The translations under genes and the position numbers were made by a program. A DNA stretch of 64,000 bases from an uncultured delta proteobacterium (lineage in GTDB: Bacteria > Myxococcota_A > Polyangia > Polyangiales > Polyangiaceae). Shown in pieces: positions 29,801 to 39,553 of the stretch; positions within the stretch are counted from its first letter, which is position 1, and each line of letters starts with the position of its first letter. The notes below the pieces were generated by a model. The model saw nothing but the letters and a program-made list of their open reading frames with translations. It was not told the DNA's origin and did no database searches. The stretch lies in NCBI GenBank assembly GCA_963696385.1, contig CAVOKF010000004.1, positions 768,001-832,000 of the forward strand, in the 5' to 3' direction.

Positions 29801-30042
29801 TACGTAAGCCCGCGCATCCCGGATAAGCCCACCTCCATCGGAATCGTGACGTAGCGCTCGACCTCCTCGGCGCTCCATCCCATCGGCTGGACCAGCGTTT
29901 CGACCAGCGGCGGGCAGGGGTTGGGGTACGCCTCGATGTCGAGCTCGGCGTACGCGATCGCGCCCCCGAAGATGACGAGCAGCGTGCTCGCGAGGATGAT
30001 GGGACGGAATCGGAGGGCAAACGCGACGACCCGTTGGATCAT
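26836..30042 (-). CDS. czcA: CzcA/CusA-family heavy-metal RND permease, copy 2 (intact)
   Basis: 1068 aa; GAVDFGIVVDSTIIMMEN, RFRPVLMT, QKPLAIVVIGG. Confidence 0.95.
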   Translation of the reverse strand: MIQRVVAFALRFRPIILASTLLVIFGGAIAYAELDIEAYPNPCPPLVETLVQPMGWSAEEVERYVTIPMEVGLSGMRGLTYIRSQSLFSLSDIKCYFAWGTDYWADRQEVINRMTTWIQLPNGLSSQISPWNAIGEVFRYTLEGKGYTLTDKKTAEDWIMERQWRQVQGVIDVTSYGGTTKQYHVDVDPYRLRGHGVTLTQTIAALQNANENVGGQRLSIGEQSYDVRGIGLLGYFDSPLSDINDVVISQGPTANGLNTGTPVRVHDVADVTVGYAPRLGMVGHDDEDDVVQGIVLMRYAGQANPTLAGIKEKVRFIEENNLLPPGMKLVPYYDRGELTKLTIHTVLENVLIGMGLVVLVLVLFLSDFRAALITALNIPLALTVAIIALVATGQSANLLSLGAVDFGIVVDSTIIMMENIFRRLGPSGSGTMNERVLAGAREVGTPMTYSTLIIGLAFLPLFTLVGVPGAIFGPMARTYATAIAGAILFALTLTPVLAAKFVPAQHEEKENFVMHFLHKVYNPFFDAALRRPKTALVFRAIPIFACVALFPLLGRDFMPKLEEGNLWIRATMPMSISLEKSAEYTTRMRRILRGCPDDPTSACTEANRKHPEVVTVISQLGRPDDGTDVTGFFNIEFFAPLKPFDEWPRGMTKDKLTDELNRELSEAFPGTLFNFSQYILDNVEEATAGVKGANSVKIFGRDIDQNEKVAGQVVDVMRTVPGIVDLGLFRSLGQPDVKITPDRKALARYGLNTGDAANVVQSALGGLTGNGSPIVEVYEGDKFFDLTVRWQEKYRSSIEAIREITVSTPSGAYIPLGQIATVEQVTGPTSIYRENLQRYAPVKFGVRGRDLAGAIADAQKKIKEQVHLPYGMHLEWEGEIQELNSVENRLMIIIPLTILLIGFVVYIAVGNWVDTMIILIDIPVACTGGVLALLITGTTFSVSAAMGFISIFGIAIQDAILIVTYFQRLRNTEGHSIEQAAREAAEKRFRPVLMTTLVAMLGLMPAALSNGIGAQTQKPLAIVVIGGSLILAALTRILQPPLLVLAHHWLEDWRARHGGDGPAEPVEA

Positions 30043-30202
30043 GCGATCCGGTCTACTGCGCCAGGCGCCGCGTCGGATGAATTCAACATTAAAAGCGCTT
30101 CATGAAATACGCTTCAGGTTTCGCTTGAGCCCGCGCTCGAGCGAGGTCTTCATGAACGCAATATCAACAAGACATCAATAATTGCGAATTCGTCATACGC
30201 GC

Positions 30203-30218
30203 TGGCGCACTACGTGCT
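30203..30218 (+). promoter_or_regulatory. Putative sigma54 promoter of the response regulator
   Basis: TGGCGCACTACGTGCT with correct GG/GC spacing; conserved in the ghost copy at 10068. Confidence 0.55.
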
Positions 30219-30348
30219 CCGCGCGCTCGTTCGTGCACGCAGGACACACGCATGCCGGTATCCCTCTCCGTTCGCAGGGGCAGGTCGCCCCGCCGCGCGG
30301 GAATCGCTGCCGTGGTTTGTCGCGCTCCATTTGCACCCGAGGTGTGCG

Positions 30349-31077
30349 GTGAAGGTGCTCGTCTTGGAGGACGATCAGAAGTTGGCGCGCTTTCTCGCGC
30401 GCGTGCTCTCCGAGGAGGGGCTCGAAGTCGACCTCTGCGCGCGAGGGGTCGATGCCATAGTTCAAGCCCAAGGGGGCCTGTACGACCTGATCGTGTTGGA
30501 TTGGATGGTGCCGGAGACCGACGGGCTGGCCGTCTGCCGGGAGATTCGACGGTCCGGGGGTGTCGCGCCCGTCCTGATGCTGACCGCCCGCGGCGAGATC
30601 CGCGAGCGCGTCCTCGCATTGAACGCCGGTGCGGACGACTACATGGTCAAGCCCTTCGAGGTCGACGAGTTTGTCGCGCGGGTGCGCGCCCTGCTGCGCC
30701 GTCTTTCCGGATTTGCGGCACTGCGCTGCGGTGAACTCGAGGTCGACCCCGTGGCGCGCCAGGCCAAGCTGGCCGGCGCCGTTCTGACGCTGACCAACCG
30801 CGAGTACACGGTGCTATTCCACCTGATCCGTCGTGCCAACCATATCGTCAAGCGGTCCGACCTTCTGGCGCAGGTTTGGGGCATGCGCTTCGATCCGGGA
30901 TCGAACCTCGTGGACGTTCACATCAGCCGATTGCGCGAAAGGTTCGGTGATCACGCCTGGATGATCGAAACGGTGCGCGGAGTCGGCTATCGCTTGCGCG
31001 AGGCGGCGCCTGCAGGCGCCGAGGGAGCCCATTCGCAGTCCCCGGATCGCGTTCGCGGCTCGCCTGCCCATCGATAA
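30349..31077 (+). CDS. OmpR/PhoB-family DNA-binding response regulator
   Basis: VLEDD, LDWMVP, GADDYMVKPF, SNLVDVHISRLR, ETVRGVGY; no adjacent kinase. Confidence 0.93.
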   Translation: MKVLVLEDDQKLARFLARVLSEEGLEVDLCARGVDAIVQAQGGLYDLIVLDWMVPETDGLAVCREIRRSGGVAPVLMLTARGEIRERVLALNAGADDYMVKPFEVDEFVARVRALLRRLSGFAALRCGELEVDPVARQAKLAGAVLTLTNREYTVLFHLIRRANHIVKRSDLLAQVWGMRFDPGSNLVDVHISRLRERFGDHAWMIETVRGVGYRLREAAPAGAEGAHSQSPDRVRGSPAHR

Positions 31078-31334
31078 CGGCCGAGCTCCAATGACCGGAT
31101 CCGCAGGGCCGCCGCGGGTTCGGCCTGGCCAGTGACGATGACGCCGATTTCGCAGCAACATCACGGCTCCTGCCTGGGTTTGACGCTCCCGGAGTACGAG
31201 CCCTGAGCTCGCCTCGGCGCTCGGGCGCGAGGGCTCGGCTCCTTGACACTCCACCGACCGCACATCAAGCTCCAGCTGCGTAACCCGGCGCGGTTGTGCG
31301 AGTGCGACAGCCCGATCCGCCGAAGGAGTTTCCA

Positions 31335-31661
31335 ATGATCCAATGGAGCGTGGTGGCGGTTGTCGGGTTTGCGGCCGCGGCGATGACGGGATGTGCCGCG
31401 CGGGCCCAGAACACGCAGGTCGCATGGGTCGAGTCTTGCGAGCAGGGTGCGTGGGCATCCCGGCAGGCATGTTCGGGGTTTTCGGCCCGATCGTGGGCTG
31501 ACCGCGGCCAGACGAGCGTTCCCGTCGGGACCGAATCCGGCAGCGCATACGCGATCCCGGGACCGGCAAGTGCGGCCCCCTCCTGTCCCGATGCCGAGGC
31601 CTCGCTGGCCTCTCGTGCGTCCTGCGGAGGGTATGCGGCTCTTCCGCTCGCGGATCGATAG
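31335..31661 (+). CDS. Small Cys-containing putative lipoprotein
   Basis: AAGGAG RBS, lipobox MTGC. Confidence 0.5.
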   Translation: MIQWSVVAVVGFAAAAMTGCAARAQNTQVAWVESCEQGAWASRQACSGFSARSWADRGQTSVPVGTESGSAYAIPGPASAAPSCPDAEASLASRASCGGYAALPLADR

Positions 31662-31705
31662 GGCGGTCTCGGCGCGTGGGCTTCGGCCACGCCGACTTAC
31701 GCCCG

Positions 31706-32470
31706 CTACTCGCCGATCCCCAGCCCTCTCGTGAATCTCCGGGCCATGGCCTCCTCCTCGGCGTCCTTGTCGCCGGCGTGCCGCTCGTAGAGGCCGGATT
31801 CGTACGACAGAGCGTGAAACATCTCGTGGGCAAACACGGTCTCGAAGCGGCGGTTGGGTGTGCCGTCTTCGTTGAACACGTCGTTTCTCAAGTAGACGGT
31901 CTGCGTACTTCGCTGATGGTACCCCCATACGCGTGGAAGCGCGGATCCTGCGTGGGCAAAGCTTCGGCTCCGGAACCGCCAGGTGACGTCGTTCAGGTTT
32001 CGATACTCCTCGCCGGAGCGCGCGTCCGCCGGCAACAAGCAGACGTCGGCGTGAAGGGCCGAGTGTTTCGTTGTCGGAATGCCCTGCCGAGCGACGAAGT
32101 CGTCGAACCCGCGGCGCGCCGCGTCGCAGACGCGATCGATGACACGAATCGCCGCCGTAGACGGTCGGGTCGACGCCGTGCGACCGGCAGTACCCCGCCA
32201 TTCGATGATTCGGATGCCGGGGCATTCCGGAAGATCGATCGGCTCGGCCAATAATTCGCTTGGCAGAGGCCTCATTTGCGTGTTGCCGGCACCGCGCTCG
32301 GCGGACGGCACGCGAGCGCCCTGTCGGGTCGTTTCGTCGGCGCTCATGGCGCTGCCCGAACTCAGGCCTGCGAGGCGGGCGCTGTTCGCCGGGGGTGGGG
32401 GGTGGACGGCACAGGCACTCGCCAGCGGGAGCAAGGCAAGGAAGGCTACGCCGCTGGTTCGTGGATGCAT
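31706..32470 (-). CDS. Lipoprotein with HExxH zinc-metallopeptidase motif
   Basis: Lipobox ASAC; FAHEMFH followed by EEEAMA (gluzincin-like). Confidence 0.65.
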   Translation of the reverse strand: MHPRTSGVAFLALLPLASACAVHPPPPANSARLAGLSSGSAMSADETTRQGARVPSAERGAGNTQMRPLPSELLAEPIDLPECPGIRIIEWRGTAGRTASTRPSTAAIRVIDRVCDAARRGFDDFVARQGIPTTKHSALHADVCLLPADARSGEEYRNLNDVTWRFRSRSFAHAGSALPRVWGYHQRSTQTVYLRNDVFNEDGTPNRRFETVFAHEMFHALSYESGLYERHAGDKDAEEEAMARRFTRGLGIGE

Positions 32471-32668
32471 GGTCTTGTCGTCGTCGGATCGCGTGAAACC
32501 GAAAAAGCCCTCGGGGTCGCAAAATCGAAAAAAGACGGAGTTCCGGCAGGCGCATTCGTCCCGGTGAACCGCCCGGGCGATGGGGCGGTTCTTATCGCGG
32601 CTTCCGAGCGACCCGCCGCCGCCGGCGATATAGAGAATGCCGCTGGCCGGGTGGCTGCGCCTCGCACA

Positions 32669-33337
32669 TCAGAAAAGAAGGAAGCCGATTCTCAGAGCGG
32701 GCGAGCTCGCGATGACGGGCTTCGCGCCATTGACGAAGATGAAATTGACGTCCCACGCAGCATCCAAAATGATCGGTGCGGCCCATGGGGCGAATCCGAA
32801 GCCGAGACCCGGGGCGACGATGTTCATTTGGGTGAACGCCGATCCCGGAGCCCACGACGTGATCCACGCGACCTCCGGATGCAGAAAGAACGGAGCGCGA
32901 TTGATGACCGCGTAGCTCCCATAGACGACGCTTCCAAATGCGAACTTGTCGGTCGTCGCCGGGCTGGCTCCGTTGACATTGCCGTTTCCGTTGTACGTGA
33001 AGTTCGCGCCTATCCCGAGTAAGAAAGCGTCCACGGTGATCATGGCTGCGAGGGTCGGTTGCGGAAAGGATTGCACCGGCAGCTGAAGAAAGCCGGCGAG
33101 GTGCGTTCCTGCGAGCAGCGGGTGGGGTCCGGCTTGCGGCGGCATCGGTGCAGGCGGCGGGGTCTGTGGCGTTGCGGCTTCGTCTCCGTGGGAAACTCCG
33201 CTGCCTGCTTGTGCCGGCACCGGCGCGGGCGCCGGGGGCTGCGGCGTCGCGGCGTCGTCCGCGTGGGCGACTCCGGCGACCGCCAGGCTGACGGCTGCTG
33301 CGACAATTCCTGTGGCTACGACTCCGACGCGAGACAT
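32669..33337 (-). CDS. Putative outer-membrane beta-barrel protein
   Basis: Signal peptide (AHA), duplicated Pro-rich linker, alternating hydrophobic strands, C-terminal F. Confidence 0.6.
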   Translation of the reverse strand: MSRVGVVATGIVAAAVSLAVAGVAHADDAATPQPPAPAPVPAQAGSGVSHGDEAATPQTPPPAPMPPQAGPHPLLAGTHLAGFLQLPVQSFPQPTLAAMITVDAFLLGIGANFTYNGNGNVNGASPATTDKFAFGSVVYGSYAVINRAPFFLHPEVAWITSWAPGSAFTQMNIVAPGLGFGFAPWAAPIILDAAWDVNFIFVNGAKPVIASSPALRIGFLLF

Positions 33338-33535
33338 GGTCTTTCCCCTATTCTTCCTTCGCGCCTGGATCGGCGCTGTGTACGATGAGTGGCGCTTCTG
33401 ACGGGTCCGTCCCGAACAGAGGGCACACGCGCTCCCGGCGGCCTTCGGCCGGCGAAGCGTTCGACGGCACGGACACCCGTCGTCGACGGCAAGCGCTCCG
33501 CGGTTGCGGCTTCGCGGGACCGTCCCCCTCCTGTA

Positions 33536-36019
33536 ATGTGTGAACGGCATTCTGTGACCAAGGTTAAGTCGGCCCGAACGGGCGGCCGTAGACGGTTCAA
33601 GCTGCAGACGCAGCTCTTCGTCGCGATTGGTTCGCTGACCGCGATCCCGCCCGTCCTTCTCGGAATCGCCGAGGCGCGGACTGCCGCCACCCACGCAGCC
33701 GATCTGGCCGACCGCGAGACGCTGTTGACCGGCACTTCCCTCGCTCGCGAGCTCGGGGGCTTGATTGAAGCCGAAGCGAACATCGTCCGAACGGCGGCGG
33801 GCGAAGTGGGAGCCGCCGGCAGACTCGACGTCGATGTCGACGGTGAGAGAGCGATGGAGTACTTCGCTCTCTTTCCCGAGCTTTACGGTGTGATGATTCT
33901 CGACATGCAGGGTTGGTCTGTAGGTGGAGCGGTGCGCGAGGCGGGGCGCGAGCCCCGAGCGGCCGCAGGGTCGTTCTTCGGGGACAGAAAGTGGGTCAAG
34001 GACATCGCGCAAGGAGCGGCGTTTTCGGGCCAGCTCGTCGCATCCAGAATGTTGTCGCGACCGGCCGTCGCCTTTGCGGCCGCCGTGGTGGATCGCTCCG
34101 GCAACCGGTTGGGGCTCGTTTCGAACGGGATCTACCTCGAGGCGGTGCAGCACGCGCTCGAGCGCGTGACCGAGGCGGCGCCCGGCCTCACCAGCGTCGT
34201 TCTCGATGAGGACAGCCGCGTCGTTGCGGTCGCCGGCGACGAGCGAGTGGTCCCGCTCAAGAGCCTGCGCGACGTGCACCTCTACGACCCCCTGGCGGGT
34301 GGGGTTGAACGTCGCTTTGGCTACAGCACGACGGGGGAGCTGCGCCGGGGGACCGCCGCTCCCATCCAAACGAGCGTCGTAAAATGGCGCGTCGTCACCA
34401 CGTGGCCCGACCGAGTCGTGCGCGAGCGCGCGCTCAAGGCACTCGGGACCATGGCGGGTTTTGCGCTCGGTGCCCTCGCGGTCGGCCTGGTTGCGGCGGT
34501 CCTTTTGGCGAGGACGGTCGCGAGGCCGATCGCGCGGCTCTCGCGGCTGGTGGAATCGATCGGCGAGGGGGACCTGCGTGTTCGCCCCGAACCGCTCAAA
34601 GCGTGGTACCCGCGCGAGCTCGAAGAGCTCAACGCATCGGTCGAGGGCATGCTCGGGCGACTGAACCCGCTCGCCAAGCAGTTGGGCCGCGCGGTCTCCT
34701 CAATCGCGGACGTGACTCAGCTTCTGGCGCGTGCGGTGGGGCAAATGCTGGGAGACAGCAACGATCAGCGCGAGGGAGTCACCAAGAGCTCGGCCGCCAT
34801 CGTTCAGATGAACGATTCGATGGACAAAGTGGGCGACGGCGTGCAAAGCGCGTCCAAGACGGCATCGGAGGTCATGTCGTCCATCATGAGCGTCGATGAG
34901 CAGATCGTCCGGATTGTCGACAGCGTGCGCAGGCTGTCGGCGACCGTCGACGGCGCCTCGTCGGAAGGCGCTGCCGCGGAGCGGCACGTCGACGTGGTCG
35001 TTCAGAGCACGGTGCTGCTATCGGACACCGTCGAACGAACGGCCGGCTCCTTGCAACTTCTCACCGAATCGATCAAGCAGGTCGGGGTCGCCGCCGAGCA
35101 CGAAGAGGCTCTGGCACGCGATGCGCTCTCCGCGGCTGTCGTGGGGCGCGACGCGGTCGACCGCATCGCCGGCGCGATGAGTCAGATCCAGGAGCGCTTT
35201 GACGCCGTGGGCACGACCGTGTTGCGCCTGTCGGATCGTTCGGAAGCCATCGGAGAAGTGGTGCGGGTGATCGACGAAGTCACCCGCGCCACGCGCCTTC
35301 TGGCCATCAACGCCGCCATCATCGCCTCCCAAGCGGGGGAACAGGGCTCTGGGTTTAGCGTCGTGGCGGACGGAGTCCGTGCGCTGGCGTCCGAGACCGC
35401 CGCGTCCACGAGCCGAATTACGGATCTCATCACTTCGGTGCAGGTCGACATTCAACAAGCCGTCGATGCGGTCGCATCCGGTCAGAAAGCGGTGGGCGCG
35501 GGCGAGCAGCTCTCCAGCGAGGCTGGGCAGCGACTGCGGGCGATCATCGAGAGCGCGGGCCAAGCCGAAAGGACCGTCCGGGAGATCGCCACGGCGAGCC
35601 GCGACCAAGTGTCGCGCGTGGATCTTCTCGCCGTGGCCGTAAGCGAGGTGCACAATGCGACCAAGCGCATCTCGTCCATCGCGAACTCGCAGCGGCAGGT
35701 GCAACAAAAGGTGGCGGAAGCGCTGGACGAGGTCCGCTCGGTTTGTGCCGACGTGCGGGCCGCGACCATCGCCCAGCGCAAGGACAGCCGAACGATCACG
35801 ACGGCGGTGCAGGCCATGACCGGCCGCCTGCAGACGATCGCGCACGCGAGCGAAGTGCAGAGCCGGGAGCGCAATCGGATCGAGAACGCTCTCAGTGTCT
35901 TCGAAGGCGCCGCGCAGGGCAATGTCGAGCATGCTCGGCAGCTCGGCGACGTCATGAGCCGGCTCGCCGACCGGCTCGAGCAACTCCAGGATCAGCTTTC
36001 GACGTTTCGGGTCGCGTAG
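33536..36019 (+). CDS. Methyl-accepting chemotaxis protein (Cache-like sensor, HAMP, long signalling domain)
   Basis: Two TM helices, ARPIARL HAMP, TRLLAINAAIIASQAGEQGSGFSVVADGVRALA. Confidence 0.9.
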   Translation: MCERHSVTKVKSARTGGRRRFKLQTQLFVAIGSLTAIPPVLLGIAEARTAATHAADLADRETLLTGTSLARELGGLIEAEANIVRTAAGEVGAAGRLDVDVDGERAMEYFALFPELYGVMILDMQGWSVGGAVREAGREPRAAAGSFFGDRKWVKDIAQGAAFSGQLVASRMLSRPAVAFAAAVVDRSGNRLGLVSNGIYLEAVQHALERVTEAAPGLTSVVLDEDSRVVAVAGDERVVPLKSLRDVHLYDPLAGGVERRFGYSTTGELRRGTAAPIQTSVVKWRVVTTWPDRVVRERALKALGTMAGFALGALAVGLVAAVLLARTVARPIARLSRLVESIGEGDLRVRPEPLKAWYPRELEELNASVEGMLGRLNPLAKQLGRAVSSIADVTQLLARAVGQMLGDSNDQREGVTKSSAAIVQMNDSMDKVGDGVQSASKTASEVMSSIMSVDEQIVRIVDSVRRLSATVDGASSEGAAAERHVDVVVQSTVLLSDTVERTAGSLQLLTESIKQVGVAAEHEEALARDALSAAVVGRDAVDRIAGAMSQIQERFDAVGTTVLRLSDRSEAIGEVVRVIDEVTRATRLLAINAAIIASQAGEQGSGFSVVADGVRALASETAASTSRITDLITSVQVDIQQAVDAVASGQKAVGAGEQLSSEAGQRLRAIIESAGQAERTVREIATASRDQVSRVDLLAVAVSEVHNATKRISSIANSQRQVQQKVAEALDEVRSVCADVRAATIAQRKDSRTITTAVQAMTGRLQTIAHASEVQSRERNRIENALSVFEGAAQGNVEHARQLGDVMSRLADRLEQLQDQLSTFRVA

Positions 36020-36039
36020 CGTAGCGGATCACGACTCTC

Positions 36040-36771
36040 ATGGACGCAAACGGATCGACCGGTGGGGGGCCCGCGCGACCCCGGCCGCATTCGACTCGGG
36101 CTCTTCGCGGGCGCTTGGGCCCGCGGGCGGGCGGGTCGGGCGGACCGGTGAGTCTCGGGACCGGTCGGGACAGCCTTGTGGTCGCCGTGGTCGCCGGCAT
36201 GGTTCTCTTTGCGCGTGCGGCTCGTGCCATCGGCCCGGTGGACGTCGAGGTCGCGGGCATGGGTGGAGCGACCAATCTGGCGTCGAGCGCAGGGAACGAG
36301 CTCGGTTTTGAAGCGGGGGCACGCGCGGGCGTGTCGTGGCGTCATGTCTATGGCGGCTTGTCGTTCGTCGATTCCCCGACCGTCACGATGAGCGCCCGGT
36401 GCGTCGGTCCGGTCGTTGCCGATTGCACGACCGCGACGACGAGCACCGTCGCGTTCTCGGTGCGATCGATGCGATACGGACTGGACGCGGGCTACGACTT
36501 CCGCTTGCTTTCGCGATTCATCGTCCGGCCCCAGCTCGGCGTGGGCCGGATCGCTTTCTACCAGAGTAGCCCCGTCCAAGTGGTCGCGAGCGACGGGCTG
36601 CAGGGCCTCGACGGCACGGCTCATGATGTGTACCTCGAGCCGGGAGTGACGGCGGTCTTGTCCCTTTGGCATTTCTTCTTGGGCGTCGACGCCAACGCGC
36701 TCTTTGTCCCGGAGCTCGCCCATTCGCGCGCGGCGCTTACGGCGCACGGCCAGCTGGGCGTCCGGTTCTGA
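36040..36771 (+). CDS. Putative outer-membrane beta-barrel protein
   Basis: YGLDAGYDF, RPQLGVG, YLEPG, C-terminal LGVRF; start probably downstream. Confidence 0.6.
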   Translation: MDANGSTGGGPARPRPHSTRALRGRLGPRAGGSGGPVSLGTGRDSLVVAVVAGMVLFARAARAIGPVDVEVAGMGGATNLASSAGNELGFEAGARAGVSWRHVYGGLSFVDSPTVTMSARCVGPVVADCTTATTSTVAFSVRSMRYGLDAGYDFRLLSRFIVRPQLGVGRIAFYQSSPVQVVASDGLQGLDGTAHDVYLEPGVTAVLSLWHFFLGVDANALFVPELAHSRAALTAHGQLGVRF

Positions 36772-37842
36772 TCACTCGCGGTCCACCGGGCAGCCGTTCG
36801 TCTTGCGGTCTTTGGTATGGATCCCGGGTGTGTCCGGGCATGCGTCTTGGCTATCGGAGACGCCGTCCCTGTCGCGGTCGGTGTTGTGGTCGAAAAGCTC
36901 GACCCCGACCACGATACGCCACTCGGGTGCGCCGAAATGTTGGTTTAGCCCCGCCCCCGTTCCAATCTTGACCCGCAGCTGCCCCCCGTCGTCCGCAGTG
37001 CCTTCGATGCGTCCCGTCAAGAGCCCCTCGACGCCGGTCGTGGTCGTCCCGAAGAAGGAGCTGAAGGCCGTCTCCCCGTAGATCTCGGGTCCCAAAACGA
37101 GCACCGCGCCCTTGCTGGGGCCAACCGGGATCCGGGATCCGGCCGCGATCCCGAAGAGCAGCTCGCTTCCGCGTGGGCTGCCAGGAGTCGGGGAGTCGTC
37201 GCGCGGCCGAATGTGGACTCCGATCTGCCCGGCGTACGCGAAGGGGCCCCGGTCACCGGCCACCAGGACGCGGAGCATCCCACGGTAGGTCCCGTCGGTG
37301 TCGTAGTCGCGGGTCTGGTCGCCGGCAGGAATCCACAGTTGCGCGCTCGCGCCGAGCCGGAAAGGGCTCTTGGGGCCGCCGACGAGGCGAACGTCGAAGC
37401 CGGCGCGCGTGTCCGACAGGATGTCGGGGCTCTCGGCAAAACTGACCGACGGAGCGGTGAACGAATAGGCGCCCACCGTTGTGTTTTGGCCCACAATGAC
37501 GAGCGGTGCGGTGATGTTGAGGTACAAGCGAAAGCGATCGTAGGTGACGGCGAAGCCGAAGTCGGCGGAGGCTTGGCTCGACACGACGGCCCGATGCGTC
37601 ACTCCGTCGGTGACCCGCAAGGGATTCAAGGCATAGCCGCTCTGCAGCTCCATCGCGCCGCCGAGACCTCCGTGCATGTCGAGGGCGTCCATGACCCACC
37701 AGCCCCCGCCCGGAGCCGAGGGATAGAAGCGCTCGACCGCAAACCCTTGAGCCTGCTGCGGCTGCGCGGCGGCGCGCGGTGCGAAGGCGTTCGCGGCGAG
37801 CGCGGCCAAGCCGAGCGCGCGGTACCCCCTAAAACTCGGCAT
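36772..37842 (-). CDS. Myxobacterial OmpA/TraB-like beta-barrel with one TSP3 repeat and no OmpA domain
   Basis: Signal peptide, GFAVERFYPS, GAPEWRIVVGV, DRDRDGVSDSQDACPD...NGCP then stop. Confidence 0.7.
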   Translation of the reverse strand: MPSFRGYRALGLAALAANAFAPRAAAQPQQAQGFAVERFYPSAPGGGWWVMDALDMHGGLGGAMELQSGYALNPLRVTDGVTHRAVVSSQASADFGFAVTYDRFRLYLNITAPLVIVGQNTTVGAYSFTAPSVSFAESPDILSDTRAGFDVRLVGGPKSPFRLGASAQLWIPAGDQTRDYDTDGTYRGMLRVLVAGDRGPFAYAGQIGVHIRPRDDSPTPGSPRGSELLFGIAAGSRIPVGPSKGAVLVLGPEIYGETAFSSFFGTTTTGVEGLLTGRIEGTADDGGQLRVKIGTGAGLNQHFGAPEWRIVVGVELFDHNTDRDRDGVSDSQDACPDTPGIHTKDRKTNGCPVDRE

Positions 37843-39334
37843 GGACCCTCCCGCCGAAGATGTTCACGGGACCTCGATCCGCGTTGTAGGCAGGGTTCCA
37901 AAGGTACTCGTAATCGGCCGTGAGCCAGACGGCCTTGAGAAAGTTCACGCTGTAGAACACATCGACGACGCCCTCGGCAGCCTGGCGGAGATGGCCGTCT
38001 CCAATGAAGTTATCGACCCCGCCCATGGCCAGGTACTGGGCGTGCACCGGCGAGATCCAGCTCATGCCGAAGCCGACGCCGGTGACGTCGAAGCGACGGT
38101 GCCAGGCCGAGCCCTTCGCCACGGCGCCGAACGACAGGTCCCGATCGGCCGCATTGAAGGCATCGACCTCGGTCTGGCCGTCGGAAACCATCGCTCGAGA
38201 AAAGACGCCGATGTCGTGGGTGACGTGCTGTTCCAGGTTGATTCCGATGCCGACTTTCGCGTTCCGCTTGCGCACCCAGCAAAGGTCCGGGGCCGCGACG
38301 TTTCCGGACCCGAAGTTGTAAAGATTCCCGCACGCGGCGGCGTTGTCGGCCGGATGGGCCTCGAACGCCGCGATGGCGTCGGCGAAGCGTCCCGCATAGA
38401 CGCTATTTCGGTAGCCGAGCAGGCGCACGGCGCCCGCCTGTCCGAAGATCTGGTGGTCGTGCTCGATCTCGAGTTGATCGCTGTAGAATTCCCAGAACCG
38501 GAACTCCAAGGCCTGCCCGTTCGGCTCTTGCGGCGGCAGCGTTCGCGCGAATCGCGCAGCCCAGTCGTCCCAGTAGATCTCGGCGATCACGCCATTGGTG
38601 TAGCCGCGCTCGTCGGCCGCAAAGTCCCAGGAGGCGTGCGTCATGAAGGCCATGTTGAAAAACGTCTGACGGGGATCCCAGGTGACCGAGTTCTTGTCGA
38701 AGGAATCGAGGACGGTAAAATTGCCTGCCGTCAGGACAAGTCGCCGGCTGTCGACCGTCGCGGCGAGCTGCATCGGATCCGACGTCTTCGCGACACGCTC
38801 GCCGCCGAATCCGATGGTCTGCCGGAGGTAGGCGCGGGATCGGTACAGCTGGCCGGTGGGAGACCCGGTCTTCTGGAGCTCGAAATTCTGGATGGCGCCG
38901 CCAATTCCCGTCAGTCCCGAAAACGGGACCTCCGCGATGAACTCCGGAACGAAGTACGCTTCGGCGCCGGGCCAGAGCCGGACCCCGAAGAACAGCGTTG
39001 CCGTGAGCGTGTAACTGCGCTCCCAGTCGGGGAGGAGCGATTTGTCGGTGCCGTCCGCGTTCGTATACGGAGCCGAAAACGGCGGATGCCAGCTCGAAAT
39101 GTACGTAAATTGTCCGTACGCGTTCCAGCTTTCGTCATCGATGTCGTGTAGATCGTGGTGCGCCAGCAGGTTCATGAAGTCGAACGCATCGTCCTCGTGC
39201 GCCGCCGGCGGGGCCGGTTGGGCAGCCGCCGCAGCGGCAGCGAGGGTGAGGCTTACGGCCCATGCAGCGCCGAGGACGCGAGCGGACCCCCGAGCGCTAC
39301 GACCCACCGGCGTCTCCGACCGGGGCGAGTGCAT
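37829..39334 (-). CDS. OprB-family porin, similar to high-affinity Mn2+ porin (MnoP-type)
   Basis: FSAPY, LFFGVRLWPGAE, WDFAADERGYT, NPAYNADRGPV...RVHAEF. Confidence 0.8.
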   Translation of the reverse strand: MHSPRSETPVGRSARGSARVLGAAWAVSLTLAAAAAAAQPAPPAAHEDDAFDFMNLLAHHDLHDIDDESWNAYGQFTYISSWHPPFSAPYTNADGTDKSLLPDWERSYTLTATLFFGVRLWPGAEAYFVPEFIAEVPFSGLTGIGGAIQNFELQKTGSPTGQLYRSRAYLRQTIGFGGERVAKTSDPMQLAATVDSRRLVLTAGNFTVLDSFDKNSVTWDPRQTFFNMAFMTHASWDFAADERGYTNGVIAEIYWDDWAARFARTLPPQEPNGQALEFRFWEFYSDQLEIEHDHQIFGQAGAVRLLGYRNSVYAGRFADAIAAFEAHPADNAAACGNLYNFGSGNVAAPDLCWVRKRNAKVGIGINLEQHVTHDIGVFSRAMVSDGQTEVDAFNAADRDLSFGAVAKGSAWHRRFDVTGVGFGMSWISPVHAQYLAMGGVDNFIGDGHLRQAAEGVVDVFYSVNFLKAVWLTADYEYLWNPAYNADRGPVNIFGGRVHAEF

Positions 39335-39553
39335 AGGTCGGACCTCGAGCAGCTAAAGGGCGGCGATCGGGCGCGTGCATGAGTCCGGTGGCAGCCGGCA
39401 TCGGGGTTCTCTCGAGTGAGAGCTCAGACCCTGCGAAGGGCGGCTTCGATGCACGTCTCGAATCATACATGCGTCGAAGTAGGCACGGACGCGAAAAGGG
39501 CTCGGGGAGGGTGCCAGCGAGGAGCCGACCCGGGGTGACGGCGGTCGATTCAC

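Noticed and set aside
36772..37842. True traAB kin-recognition locus
   Set aside because: No traA-like gene adjacent and the OmpA domain is missing
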